From Epiperipatus broadwayi (taxonomy: Eukaryota > Animalia > Onychophora): DNA of 64,000 bases. The position numbers and the translations under genes were made by a program. The DNA is taken from assembly GCA_028023455.1 (NCBI GenBank), contig JAQFVV010000004.1, forward strand, positions 25,544,001 through 25,608,000, in the 5' to 3' direction. The notes under the pieces were generated by a model. That model did not search any database. It had not been told where the DNA came from and saw only the letters and a program-made list of their open reading frames with translations. This document shows positions 13,560 through 26,639 of this stretch, piece by piece (position 1 is the stretch's first letter; every line of letters starts with the position of its first letter).

Positions 13560-14045
13560 CAAAGTGCTGTAAACATTGATGTATAATAATAATGAATGCT
13601 CTGCTATTAAAAAATAAAAATAATACTTCTAAAAAATTATTTAGATTGAGATTTTTTTTTAAATTCCAAGCAGAAGATAATTTAAATGTATCCTCAAAAT
13701 AGTTGATACTATCTGGCTTTTTAAAGCTGTCAATGGCTTCTCTGATCAGACATTGTTGGAGAGTGTCACATTTTGATAGTATTTTCATATTAGAAAAATC
13801 AATACTATGTCCTGTATCTATAGTATGGAGAGGTAGCGATGATGATGTTAAATGTTTTTTAACTTCGTTAATATGTTCATATTTTCTAGCATGAACTCCA
13901 TGGACTTCAAAAGGGATTGAGTCTTTAGACTTTGTTATAATGCTATTAATATTTTGATAAGTGGTATATGTTGTCTTTATATTATAATGTCTTAGAATAC
14001 ATCCAATATTGTCTGTAGTTCAATAAATTATACAGGGATGTATCC
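13560..14045 (-). mobile_element. Penelope-like element (lineage D) 3' fragment, GIY-YIG region with internal deletion
   Basis: ILRHYNIKTTYTTYQNINSIITKSKDSIP...ARKYEHINEVKKHLTSSSLPLHTIDTGHSIDFSNMKILSKCDTLQQCLIREAI...W. Confidence 0.7.
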
Positions 14046-15719
14046 AGATAATATTTTATTTATATTTGCAACCAATGAAAATCTTTAATTCACATAAATC
14101 AATTAATTCATACAAATAAACTTTCATAATCAATAAAACATAATGCTTTTTATTGATAGTCTACAGTCAATACTCATTCTAAATATTAAAATCTTATAAT
14201 AAAGCTATCATTCTAGCTGCTGGACAGAACTCAAGTAAATTACAATTAAGATTTTTTTTAATATGGTGACCAGTTTGTAGATTGTATTTTATACAAACCT
14301 TATTAATTTGTGTTGAAAGTTTATCTGTTTATATTTATTTTAATTTTAGAATTTTTATTCATACAAGTTTTAGTTGTTATATAAAAAAAATTCATTTGGT
14401 TCCCAAAGAATTTTTTTTTTCTATTAAATTATATCAACTTTTTATTCTCTGTGTTATAAAAAAAATGTTATATATATATTGTTGAAAATGTTAGTTAAAT
14501 TAATTACTAACTTATATTCATCACTATCTAATTAGTATTTATTTTAAAATAAATATCTAATTAATGATTTACTGCTGCACACCATCTCTTCTCACACACT
14601 ATTAATAATAAGGAAAAAGAAAATCTACATGTAAAGAATCAGAGTGCAGATTTGTATGAAAAAAACCTCTAAAGTATGTGACTGTATTTTCTTTAATATT
14701 GATAAAATAATGTAACAGTTTATGTGGATATTTGTAAATAACTTATATATTAAATTTATTATTACGAAATAAAACTGATTTATATTGAATTAATAATATT
14801 TGTTCGTTATGCATTAGTACTTGATCAGGTCAGATAAATCACTGGCAATGTCAACATGATGTAGCTCTGAGATCCAACTCTCAATAGTTAAATAATAAAT
14901 TCTGTTATAAAACCAGTAGATTAATATTATGCAAATGCTTATTGTGGAGTTTAATATTTAAAAAATATCATAAAGTAATTTTTATTACATGGTTATATTA
15001 TTAGGCTTCATTGGCTTGGCTTTATGGTTATAGAAATAGAAAACTATTTACTTGAACTGTCAAAACCATAAAATTTCGCTTACAATGAAGTAAGTTATCT
15101 TCATTTTTTTCCATCTCTCTTAAAACCCATCATCACCACACAATGGGAAATGAATTAAGGCATTATGATGTAGCTCTTTGTGATTTAGTAAAGAATCATA
15201 TCTATAAACTGTAACCATCAGAATTCATATATCTCATTAACCAGTTGCATATTCCATCCACTACAATCAAACAGCAGCCCTACAGGTGAGTTCAGGGCCT
15301 TCAATGCTGAGTTCGAATCTAGATTGATTACATAATATATAACTATGGGATAACCTATTTGCCACCACATTAGCAAACATCTTTTAGGCCATGGGGGTCA
15401 AGGAGATGCAAGAGATTCTAACCAATTCTACTATTACTAATATTATTATAAAACTAATGAATGACATTATATTTAATTTATGATTTGAGACACTATAGCT
15501 ATAAGGTATTAAGAAAATGGACATGATGATGAAGATATAATTAAAACTATATTTAATATTTGTATAAACAAAAAAAATCTATTTACAAATTTGGAGTTTG
15601 ATTTCAGTCAATACTCCTAATATGGCATAATTGTTCATTAGTAAAGTATTAATAATTCAACCTGTCCCTTTGTGTATATAATGATAGCAAGCCCGTGTTT
15701 CATGCCCTAGACTAAATAT

Positions 15720-16000
15720 GTTAGCTATCATGTGAGATAGACGTTGAATGAGATATACGGCAGTGAATTTACAATAGATTAATATATAAAGTTTTAAATT
15801 AAAGATTAATTCTAAAAGGGGCCTGTTATTTGGGAGTAGATAACATAGAAGGCATGGGAAGTGAGATCAAAAGCAGAGAGTAAAAAAATAATTGAACTAG
15901 ATGAGAGGTGGTATTTATAGAGATGCCATAGAATAATAATGGAGCGAACTTTGAGATGTAAGCCAGAAGGGAAATATATACTCATGGGCAGAATTTCTAT
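15720..16000 (+). mobile_element. Possible RTE-type LINE C-terminal remnant
   Basis: LNEIYGSE ... IMERTLRCKPEGK resembles the RTE C-terminus; heavily decayed. Confidence 0.3.
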
Positions 16001-17829
16001 TGGGCATCCTATAAGACCGGTGCCACTGTCACTACCTGATCACATGACTGACTCAGCTTAACATGGGAGCACTTTCTATGCCCTTCCTAATGGAGTGGAA
16101 TGATACCTATAAATATAAGTATCCGGTGATTTCCCTGGCTTAAAATAAAAGAAAACTTTAGCACCATTCATAGTAACACCTATCATTTATAATAGAATAA
16201 GATTTATATTTAAATGCTAACAAATGATGACTCATTCCCAAGGCCCATATTTATGAGTGATTAACTTACAAACCTCAACTAACATAAGATTGGTTTAATT
16301 ATAAAATCAAATTCAATGGATACCAATCAAAATTAATGATAAAAGGATAAAGATTATAATTCTAGTATATCTCTATTGCTAAGTTAAAATATCCACCTGT
16401 ACAAATTATGGAACACTACACTTATAGCTAATCATGAAAGTTAGATGCATCTCTGAAGCTAAATTAATTTATTAAACTATAAGACAATATAAGAAATCAT
16501 ATTAATATAAAATAAGATGCATCTGAGAAATAATTTATCAAATATCAAAATTAGATAATTCCCAAGCTAGCCGCTTGATTAATATAGGACAAATTTATCA
16601 TAAATATGTTATCTAATAACTCCACACATTTTGGCAAAAGCTAACATTTAAATAAGTTAAGAGGTTAGGTTGGAAATTATTGAGGCATGAAATTAATTAC
16701 ATAAATAAATAATTTTAATAGAAATAGATACCCAAAGAAAAGGAAAGATTGCATAGTAATTAAAATTACAGAATTAAAAATTTTAGTGGATTTAAAATAG
16801 AATTTATATGAATATACATTATGACTAAAATATTACACATTAAACAGATGAGTTCTAGTTTTAAATGAGAGCAGTAAAGTTCCTAAAAACTTTTGGGTAC
16901 CAATTACCTTTGATTTAAAGCAGAATGTGCACATTTTGAGTGACCCTCCTGTTTATGGATTTTGGTGCAGTAGTTTTTCCTTAAGAGTTCATTTAATGGT
17001 CATGATTACAATCAGCAGCATATGGATTACAGCAAACAGTTGAAGTTCGTTTTAAAGCAAGTAGGGGGATCTAGTGCATCTGCCATTTCTCCAGAGGAGA
17101 ATAGCTCATGTCTACTACTCAGCCATAACAAGATGATACATAAAAATCATATTTTATAAGAACAGATGGCAGATCAGAGTTAGGACATTAGATATGAGAT
17201 TAGCCTTTTTTTAATTTTAACAAGGCTTTATATACTTTTTGTCCACCTTGGTCCTTATCTTCCAGATCGATCTGACATGATGTATTGGTTCACCTTTCAG
17301 GTCTGCTCAAATATCTGTAGGGAAAATAATGCATTAAGAGCACATGTTCCATTTGTCAATTCAATCCAAACATTTTACTTTACTTTATTACGTATTTCAC
17401 CTATGTTTTTTTAAAACTAATTAAAAAGCTTTTAGAAATATTTCTCAGTATTCTATTGTCTCTCTCTCCACCCTTTATGATTTACAATATTACTTAGCAG
17501 GGGAATTTCTATTTTTAATACATTTAAACATTAAAAGGTTAAAACAACTTTTAGATTTTACAAATTAAAATATATAATTTTGACCTAAATAATAATTAAC
17601 GCAAAATATTAAATATTCTAAATTTAATAAATTAATTTCACTGCATTAATATCTCATATTGGAGTGTGTGCACATGAGGCATATTTAACATGCTTTTTAT
17701 ATATGTACAGTCCAATATTGAGGGTTTAAATTTAGGTGGAATGGGGGAATGGGTAGAAGATGATAGAATAAATATGACTGAGGTGAAACTAAGATTCGAA
17801 CGTGAATCTTACAGTTTCAAAACAATTTG

Positions 17830-19200
17830 TGAAACTCTTTTCAAACACCAATTGTGGAGAATGTCAAACCTTAAATTCAAAGAACAACTCTTAGCAGTAC
17901 CCACTTAACATTAAAGAAAATTATTTTAAAAAAGCATTGCTTATGAGAGTGATGTTTGATACTTAACAATTCAAAAGACAACAAAGTAAACACATAAAAC
18001 AAATTCACAACACTATGAATATGATAGTCATACTATTTTTATTGTTCCAAGCTTATAAATATAGGGCCAAAAGAGTGCAAAAATTGCAGACTTAAGGGCC
18101 ATATAGATGCAGTTTGCTGAAGTCCTAATTCAGAGAAAACTAATAAAAACAATAAATGTTATGACTGCTTATTGAGAGCAAATATTTGAGCTTTGAAATT
18201 AGCAGCAGGTCAGATATCTCTCCCAAGTCCTTTAAGGACTGGAATTTATAACTTCAAATTCTCAAAAATCTACTCTTACTAGAGAGACATAAGCAGCAAT
18301 AACCCGAAAATTAAGGGAATTGCAAACACACAAATAAATATAAACAACAAAGCTCATAATTTTACCTATTATCATACTAAGTATTTTCCACAAGAAAATA
18401 AATTCACTAATAGATTGAAACTGACTCAAATTATTTGGAATTATCATTGACATTATTAAGAAGAAGGCTTACAAGCCTATTTAAATCAAAACTAAGAAAT
18501 TAAAATAATACTTTGTCTACATAAAACTTAAGCAAAATGCCATCCCACTATTTCCAAGCCACAGATATTAACTTTTGTACTAAGATAAAGTGTCATAGAA
18601 ACATTGATGAACTAATTAAAAAGAGTACTTTGAATCTAATGAAAATTCAGTATAGGCCACTCCAATAGTAGTGGTAAATCATCCCAATAACAAAATATGA
18701 ACTTGTGGCAATTACCATTAATAATAACCGTAAAAAAACACTTATTTAGTGCCTAATTGTCCAAGAAATTCTAGATTTATTACAAAAATCAATCCTTTTT
18801 GCATAGATAGATCTCCATATTGCATTCCACCAAATAACCATGAACAAAGAAATCTTTGAAAGGTTAACAATAACAATGCAAATGGGATTTAATTATAATA
18901 CATTCAATTTGAATTTGCTATCATATACAATATATTTTAAATAAAGATAGATATACTAGTAACTGAATTCAAAGGTATAATTCCCCATTTTGATGACATA
19001 TTTATTATAGAAACTACAGAAATCATATTGAGAAATAGTGTTTTTGATTTCTGTAAAAGATTCAAAAATTTGGGCCAATATTAAATGCAGTTAATTGCAT
19101 CTGGAATAGCAAAACCTAAAATTATTAGGCCACATTATCTCCAAGAAAGAAAAAAACTTCTTTGTCTGAAAAGATTAGAGCAGTAAATAACAAGATGAGA
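17830..19200 (+). mobile_element. Ty3/Gypsy gag-pol relic (zinc knuckle, protease, RT), no LTRs visible
   Basis: Collinear motifs: KEQLLAVP-TLKK (gag), CKNCRLKGHIDAVC (CCHC, 18076-18117), FEISSRSDIS (protease site, ~18192), IKLKQNAIPLF, *ATPIVVVNHPNNKI*TCGNY (~18653), IDLHIAFHQI (18807), HFDD (18986-18997), LLGHIISK (19122). Confidence 0.8.
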
Positions 19201-21804
19201 TCTTCATAACATATACATATGGACAATCTATAGTGGATAAAAGTTAACTCACAGATTAAGATAATGTAAACTTATACATATGTAAATAAACATTTTAAAG
19301 GACTTTTTTTTCCCAAATAGATCAAGTGAATATGAAATAATTGAATTTATTTTCGTTTTTCTTTCCTCTTGTGATTTATTAACTCTTAATCCTATACTGT
19401 AGGAAAAAATAGGTAATATTCACCCAAGTTGAACAAATCACTTTGCAATTCTATTTTTATTATTTTTTGTTTAAGAACAAATAGTATGTTTCTATATGCA
19501 TAGACTTTAAATGTAAATTTCAGCTATATGACATTTTGTAATTTTTCTTACATTCCTTTTTATTTCATATAACTCATATATGCTGGTTCATAGATCAGAT
19601 AATCATCTAATTTTTGATTTAAAAAGTATCTAGAAATTCTTGGGAAAAATTAGAAACATCTTACAAATCACTATCAGTCATTTAAATAGCCTAGGAGTTC
19701 TAGACTATTTCATTGTTAAGAATCTTAAAAGTCCTTAACTTACAATGTAACTATTTAAAAGTTTTTTTGTATTTCTTGACTTTAACAATTAGTGTGAAAA
19801 GTCTTCAGCATTTCTAGAAGATTGGAAGTTCTCTTGCATTAAGAACATAATAACTAAGATCACAACACAAATATTCTTCATTTAACATTAAGGTGATTTT
19901 TTATTCTCAGTACTTTTATGCACTAGTGTAAGCTTCAGTAATCAGTAGATATCATATGGCAATGCATAGTAAATTCTTATCTGGTAGTGTACTATTCAAA
20001 ATACAGCAAAACTCTTCATATAGTAGTGCCATCTTGTGAATTGTTTAATAACAATTATTGTGCTAGTATGAGATAGTGATCATGTAGTGTACTATCTAAC
20101 TATTTCCAAACTAATTTCTATAGCTTCATCTATGAGCAGCTATTTCGATTTTTTGAATCACGCAATTGGACCTATTGGATTTAATGAACTTTCCTTCTAG
20201 ATGGCATTTTTTACTTGTTGTTGTACTTTCACACTACCAGCCTAAATTTAAAAAATCGTTAATTTTTTTTAAATCCAAGATTATATGTCTGCTTAACTAA
20301 ATAAGTTTGAAACTGGTTCAGTTGCTATATATTATGGTGTTTTTAGCTTTTTTTATAAACTTTGGCCACTTTTATATTTTGGATAGAATTGGTAGAAAAA
20401 TATTAAGACATCACATAATCCTAGTTTACACAAGGTCATATGAATCATTAATTGTATGTTTAGAGAATCTATTTATAGATCTCTTTGTCCTTCAAAATTG
20501 TCTAAATCACCATGGCCAGAATATTTTTTTAAATTTAAGCAGTAGATATAATTGTAATATTAGTAATGTTTATGGTGTAAAATACAAAATAATGGCATAT
20601 AAAGTAAGGGTAAAAAATTAAAAATGTATTATAAGATGAAATTGATGATAATTTTTATACTAGTGGTGGATCTTTGTTACATGGTGAAGATTATTTCAGA
20701 AATAAATTATAAAGAAGAGTTACAATTATAAAGCCATTGTGAATTCTTAAGAATAAAACACTGTGTGAAATGTGTGGACATATTCATATTTCAGAGAGTG
20801 AGTTGCTCAGTCATAACTTATCTTTAACTATATGTTCTTTTTTTTTCTTCTGAAGATGGATAGTTTATGATACTGTTTATTTACTTTTAAATACAGGCAC
20901 TTTCCCTGAATTAAGTTGCTAAAGTGTTTTTTTTTAAACTTTGACAAAAAAAAAAAACTATTTTTTTTTTCCAATATCTCATTTCTTTTCTTTATAAGTT
21001 CTTTTTAGTTTCATCTTAAATTTAGTTTTTATATCACTGATTTATGATTTTATTTTTGTGAGGGATGAAAATTCAAAGATATGAATATCAGATATATTCT
21101 TAAACCTATTTTAGAAAATATAAGATATAAAAATTTTTAAAGCTTTTTTTAAAGTGTAAACCCATTGCTAAATATAAATAAAAGTTAATACTAAAAGTTA
21201 GACTGAAAATTAAATGCGTTCAAATAGTTGATTAATTCTATAGCAAACTAAAAATTAATCATTTCATATCAATTTAAAGAAACAACCAATTATATAATTA
21301 TGAAGATGATCTACCATTACTTCCAATGGAAGCACGAGTACTAATTGATGTTTTGAGTGAATAATAAATGTAATTCAATTTTTACAATTTTAAAAAGTAA
21401 TTTTTCCCATATTTCTTTTAAAAATTGCTAGTAACTTTCAGTCTTTGAACAAGTATTTTAGCAAAATCTGCAGTTTTAAAATAAGAAAAAAAGATAAATG
21501 AGAGTATATGAAATGTTTTCCTGAAAGTTTGTGATGATGGTGTTTTAATTGTATTTTTATATTGGACTATTTTCATCATTTAATTTGAGTATTGAATGTC
21601 TTTAGAAAAACTTAACTTTATTTAAATATTCTAAATACATTCAACTGTTAGTAATAGCACTTCAACTAGATTAGTATATGCATGTTTCGAGAAGTATTAT
21701 TCTCCCCTCTTCTTTAGATGTTGCTGGCCAAAGTGACAGTATTAGCATGAGATTTTAATATGGACAGTTATATTTTTGAGTATTGAATTTTAAGGTAATG
21801 CTTT

Positions 21805-24800
21805 AACCAACTGAGCCGTCCTGCCAATGGTAACAGTCAGTGGAAATTCCATATACTTTTCTATGATGTTTCTCATAATTTCTCCACTTTTTCCTAAGAG
21901 CAAAGTTGATTAGTGGTTTCCATACATTATGTATAATCACATTATGTTGGCTTGTGGAATTATTTGCCATTGTCATTTGAGCAGCTTCTTTAAAATTTCT
22001 TCTTTGTACCTTTTTTTCTCTATCCAATATTTTTGTATTTTCCCAATTGAACATATGTTCATTGGCACATACATGGTCTGCTACCTTAGGCACATCTGTT
22101 TTCTCTCTTCTAATCATCAGTTTGTTTTCTTGCAAGCACTCACCAATATATGTTCTTTCATATTCACATGGTATTTCATAGATGCAGTTTTTTTTTTTTT
22201 CAGCATTTCAAGTTTAGGCTTTGTAGATGTTAGAATTCCTCATAGTGTGGTATGGCTCTGGAAAGCTATTTTGATGTTATACTGATTGGAGATTTTCCTT
22301 AATTTGTCTTTTATTTTTGAAATGTATGGGTACACTACAGTATCAATAATTGTTTTTTTCTTTTGATGATTCCTTTTGTTGTCTATTTAAGGTTCTCTTA
22401 ATAACAGCTGATGGGTAACCATTTTTCATAAGAGTTTGTTCTATATTGTAACGGGATGTCGGTTTTCACAAGAAAGATGGAGCACATCTTACTACAGTCG
22501 GACTTAGGGTCTTCAGATAGGATGCTGGAGATGAAGCAATGAAATTCTAAGTCCATGATTGCATCTATCTTTACTATGCTAGCTCAACAATTACTAGGTA
22601 AATTTAGACATAATTTAGACTAGTTTGTCCATGTCTTATTCCTCTTTCAGTTTCCATTATGCCACAATATTCGAACTCATGGAGAATTCGCAATCGGCTC
22701 TCTTCAGGGATGGCTTTAATAATCTCATTTATTATTATGCCTCTATATAAGCAATAACCGATAAAAATGTAAAATATTTATAATATTAACACATAAATAA
22801 AAAAATAAATGTTGTGTAACTATTAATGATTAATCTGTTTATTTATAAATATAAATGTAATAAGATAATGATTAAGTAGAGATCAGATTAAATATTCAAT
22901 AACATTTAATAAACAACAAAAATGTAATATAACAAGATAAATAAATATAATAATGAAAAACAAGGTTGACTTTTTATCATTTTAAAAGATTAATAATTAA
23001 TATTCCAAATCCCGTGATAAAATTTCATACCTTAACAATCTTTTCTAAAGAAAAGATATAATTCAAATTAATATATATATATACAATAAATAATAATAAA
23101 CGAATTCAAAAGATCATTGATTTAGATTACATATTAATACATTTATAGTCATTTTATCTTTGATTCATAATAATTATTTATTGTATATATATTAATTTGA
23201 ATTATATCTTTTCTTTAGAAAAGATTGTCAAGGTATGAAATTTTATCATGGAATTTGGAATGGTAATATTAATTATTAATCTTTTAAAATGATAAAAAGT
23301 CATCCTTGTTTTTTTTTATTATATTTATTTATCTTGTTATATTACATTTTCGTTGTTTATTAAATGTTATTGAATTATTAATCTGACCTCTACTTAATTA
23401 TTATCTTATTACATTTATATTTATAAATAAACAGATTAATCATTAATAGTTCACAACATTTATGTTTATATATGTGTTAATATTATAAATATTTTAGGAA
23501 TACATTTTTATTGGTCATTGCTTATATAGAGACATAATAATAAATGAGATTATTAAATCCATCCCCGAAGAAAGCCAATTGAGAATTCTCCATGAGTTCG
23601 AATATCATGGCATAATGGAGACTGAAAGAGGGATGAGAGGTGGACAAACTATTCTAAATTACTTTTAAATTTCCCTAGTAATTATTGAGTTAGCATAGTG
23701 AAGATAGATGCAATCATGGACTTAGAATTTCATCATTTCATCTCCGGCATTCTACCCAAAGACCCTAAGTCTGACTGCAGTAAGATATGCTCCAAATTTC
23801 TTGTGAAAACCAACATCTAGTTACAATATATCTTTTCTTTTTCCAAATCACTGGTTTCTGAACAATTTTTTTTTGCTTTGTTCCACAGTGATAGTATAAC
23901 TCCATATTTTGTATTTCTGGTGTGATTGGATATATGGTCTAGGTAGTTTCCTATATGTGTGGGTTTTTTGGCAAACTGTAGTTTTGATTTTGCCATGAGG
24001 GAGTCTTGTCACAAGAATATCTAAGAATGCCAATTTTTGTTCTTGTACTGATTCTGTTGTGAATTTAATTGAAGGGAATATATTGTTGAGGTATTTCCAG
24101 ACAGTTTGTAGCAGTGTTTCACCATGTGGCCATACAATAAATGTATCATCTATATATAAAGACAAACTTAAGCTCCATATGGAGTAGTTTTTATAACTGT
24201 GGTTTCACATTCTTCCACATAAATATTGCTAACCTGTGGGACAATGGTGAACCCATAGCCATTCCTTGATTTCGTTGGAAGAATTCTGTTATATTGAAAT
24301 TAGGTTGTTTTTATGCAGAATGTTAATAACTCCATTATACTATCAATAGGAAGAGCTGTTCTGGTTTGTAAACTATTATCACCATTTAATCTTTTCCTTA
24401 CTATAGACAATGCTTTTTCACATGGTACATTCATGAATAAACTTTTGACAACAAAACTTACCAGAAAGTCAGTTATTTCAATTTGCATGTTCTTGATTAA
24501 TTCTACAAAGTGTCTAGAATCCCTGACAAAGGACTGGGTCTTGTATGCCAAAGGACTTAGAACTTTGAAAAGAAATCTTGACAAATTTTGGCAAGATAAA
24601 TTTCTAGGATAATATGGCTTAATGAAACATGAACCTTACAAATTTTAGGTAGACCATAAAGATGAGGAATTTTGCCAAAATATGATATTATTTTACTTTT
24701 TCTGCATCAGTGAAATATCTGCGATGCTTTCTGAATAATGCTTGTAACTTTGATTTTGTACTCGGTATCAGATTTTTTGTCACTTTTCTATATTGGCCTG

Positions 24801-25560
24801 CTTTGGGGAGTTCTTGTATTTTGTTGTCATTATGTGGTATCCATCACAACTGTTCTATTGCCTTTGTCATCAGGGAAAATAATTATAGATTTATCTACTT
24901 TGAGAGATTTGACTGCTTTCCTCTCACCAGAGGATATGTTTGACTTCAATTTTTATTGCTTGCCAAGTATTCTTTTTAAGACAATATTTTAAGTGACTTC
25001 CTTGGTGGCTGCGCTTATATCTAATAAAGGGATATTAGATAATCTTATGGCAAAGTTTAATCCTCTTTCAAGAACAGAAATTACAGTATCTGTTAGATGT
25101 TTAGAACTGATATTTTTAGCATATGAAGTTGGAACATTGTTTGGTACATTATGATTTTTGATATGACTGTATATGTTAGAAAGTTTCTTCTTTTGGCATT
25201 CTTTTATTTTTCTATGTAATGTAAAATATGATTTTCTTACTGCTTGAGAAACTCTCATTAAGTCTTCATCAGTAATTTTTTTAGGAAAACATTGTATATT
25301 ATTAATGGAATGCATTGTTTAATACTTATTAAACCTTTGAGCATTTATTCTTTCTCTTAACAGAGCTTCACTTACACTCTGAGAATTTTCTCAGCTCTCT
25401 GAAAGTGAATTGGAGGTTTTAATTCCAAACCTTTAGAAATTATCTCTTCAGAATTAAATTTACATAAGAAAGTTAAATGATTTTCTACTTTGGCCAGTTT
25501 TAGACATAATTTTTCATAATATCTAAAAGTTTAATATAGTATTGATCCAAACCAAATACT
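21805..25560 (-). pseudogene. PLE RT-GIY-YIG polyprotein, frameshifted and interrupted
   Basis: ORF-track pieces 24989-25315, 24300-24584, 23848-24165 and 21803-22135 are collinear parts of one PLE ORF. Confidence 0.85.
22447..23825. mobile_element. 1379-bp foldback element: ~670-bp inverted arms, TGTAAC...GTTACA termini, ATAT flanks (probable 4-bp TSD)
   Basis: Left arm from 22447 aligns with the reverse complement of the right arm ending 23825 (roughly 85% identity by eye); ~40-bp spacer near 23114-23155; ATAT at 22443-22446 and 23826-23829; the PLE frame resumes across it. Confidence 0.9.
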
Positions 25561-25811
25561 TAGTGTTTTCCTGGAGGTTTGTGTTGATGGTGTTGTTATG
25601 ATGGTGGTTTCATTGTATTTTTATATTGGACTAATTCCATCATCTAATTTGAGTATTGGAAGGCTTTAGAAAAATTTACTTTATTTGCATATTCCAAATA
25701 CATTCAACTCTTAGTAATGTCACTTCAAACAGATTAGTATCTGCACAATGTTTCAAGATATATTATTCTTCCCTCTTCTTCAGGTATCACTGGCCTGACC
25801 AGTGACAGTAC

Positions 25812-25893
25812 TAGCATGGGATTTGAACATGGACCCTTAGATTATTGAGTATTGAATTTTAAAGTAACACTCTAACCAACTGACCATTCTACC
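25812..25893 (-). promoter_or_regulatory. tRNA-Lys-like Pol III cassette (A and B boxes) inside the PLE pseudo-LTR; homologues at 21743-21825(-), 26245-26280(+, deleted), 7949-8030(+)
   Basis: A box TGGCTCAGTTGG/TAGCTCAGTTGG in sister copies; this copy has AATCTAAGGGTCCATGTTCAAATCCC versus tRNA-Lys AATCTGAGGGTCCAGGGTTCAAGTCCC; ~16-nt extra sequence in the anticodon loop. Confidence 0.7.
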
Positions 25894-25909
25894 AAGGCAA
25901 CAGTTGTAA

Positions 25910-26490
25910 GACCAGTCATCCCATTGAAAAGCGCTTGCAACAATACAAACTGATGATTAGAAGAGAGAAATCAGATGTGTTTAAGATAGCAGATCATGTA
26001 TGTGCCAATGAATATATGTTCAATTGGGGAAATACAAAAATATTAGATAGAGAAGAAAAGGTACAAAGAAGAAAATTTAAAGAAGTTGCTCATGTGATAA
26101 TTGTAAACAATCCCATAAGCCATCCTAGTGTGACTATACATAATGCATCTAAACCCCTAAACAATTTTGCTCTTAGGAAAAAATGGAGAAATCAGGAGAA
26201 ACCTCATAGATAAATATATGAAATTTCTACTGATTGTTGCCTTTGGCAGGATGGCTCAGTTGGTTAGAAACCCATGCTAGTACTATCACTTGTCAGGCCA
26301 GCAACATCTGAAGAAGAGGGGAGAATAATACTTCTTGAAACATTGTGCAAATACTAATCTGTTTGAAGTGCTATTTGTTACTAACAATTGAATGTATTTG
26401 GAATATTTAAATAAAGTCAAATTTTTCTAAAGACATTCAATGCTCAAATTACATGATGGAAATAGTCCAATATAAAAATACGATAGTATA
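25910..26490 (+). mobile_element. Inverted PLE (lineage A) 3' segment/pseudo-LTR at the 5' end of the main element
   Basis: SHPIEKRLQQYKLMIRREKSDV..ADHVCANEYMFNWGNTKILDRE..RRKFKEVA followed by the shared 3' UTR. Confidence 0.88.
26308..26341 (+). ncRNA. Hammerhead-like core (CTGAAGA-A-stem II-GAAAC); homologues 21684-21717(-), 25750-25783(-)
   Basis: CTGAAGAA GAGGGG AGAATAATA CTTCT(C/T) GAAAC; stem II pairs over 5-6 bp; stems I/III and a cleavage triplet could not be resolved. Confidence 0.5.
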
Positions 26491-26639
26491 TAAACTTTAT
26501 CTATTTTGTTCTTCTAGTTCAAGAATTCAGCATTCAGTGTTATCATTTTTGATTAATAATAAAATATTGTTAATATAAAAATGATATATTTTTATATTAT
26601 TAAAATAAATAAAAATATTTATTTATATTTTTTTTACAA

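Larger units (their letters stand above)
21520..25905 (-). mobile_element. Near-full-length Penelope-like element (lineage A; Penelope/Poseidon-type order RT then GIY-YIG) with direct pseudo-LTRs, interrupted by a foldback insertion
   Basis: N-term ENHLTFLCK..IISKGLEL, LERGLNFA, FVRDSRHFVE..SFVVKSLFMNVP, GMAMGSPLS (24241-24265), LYIDDTF (~24140-24160), LAFLDILVT, GIY-YIG at ~22140-22200; 3' UTR 21520-21850 is repeated at 25570-25905. Confidence 0.92.

Noticed and set aside
15005-15095. Exon-like segment ending in a strong donor AA|GTAAGT
   Set aside because: All three frames contain stops; no other support.
17780-17820. 14-bp hairpin TGAAACT-AAGATTC/GAATCTT-AGTTTCA with GTTCGAATC on the minus strand
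   Set aside because: Single short occurrence beside the Gypsy relic; cannot be distinguished from chance or a tRNA T-arm remnant.
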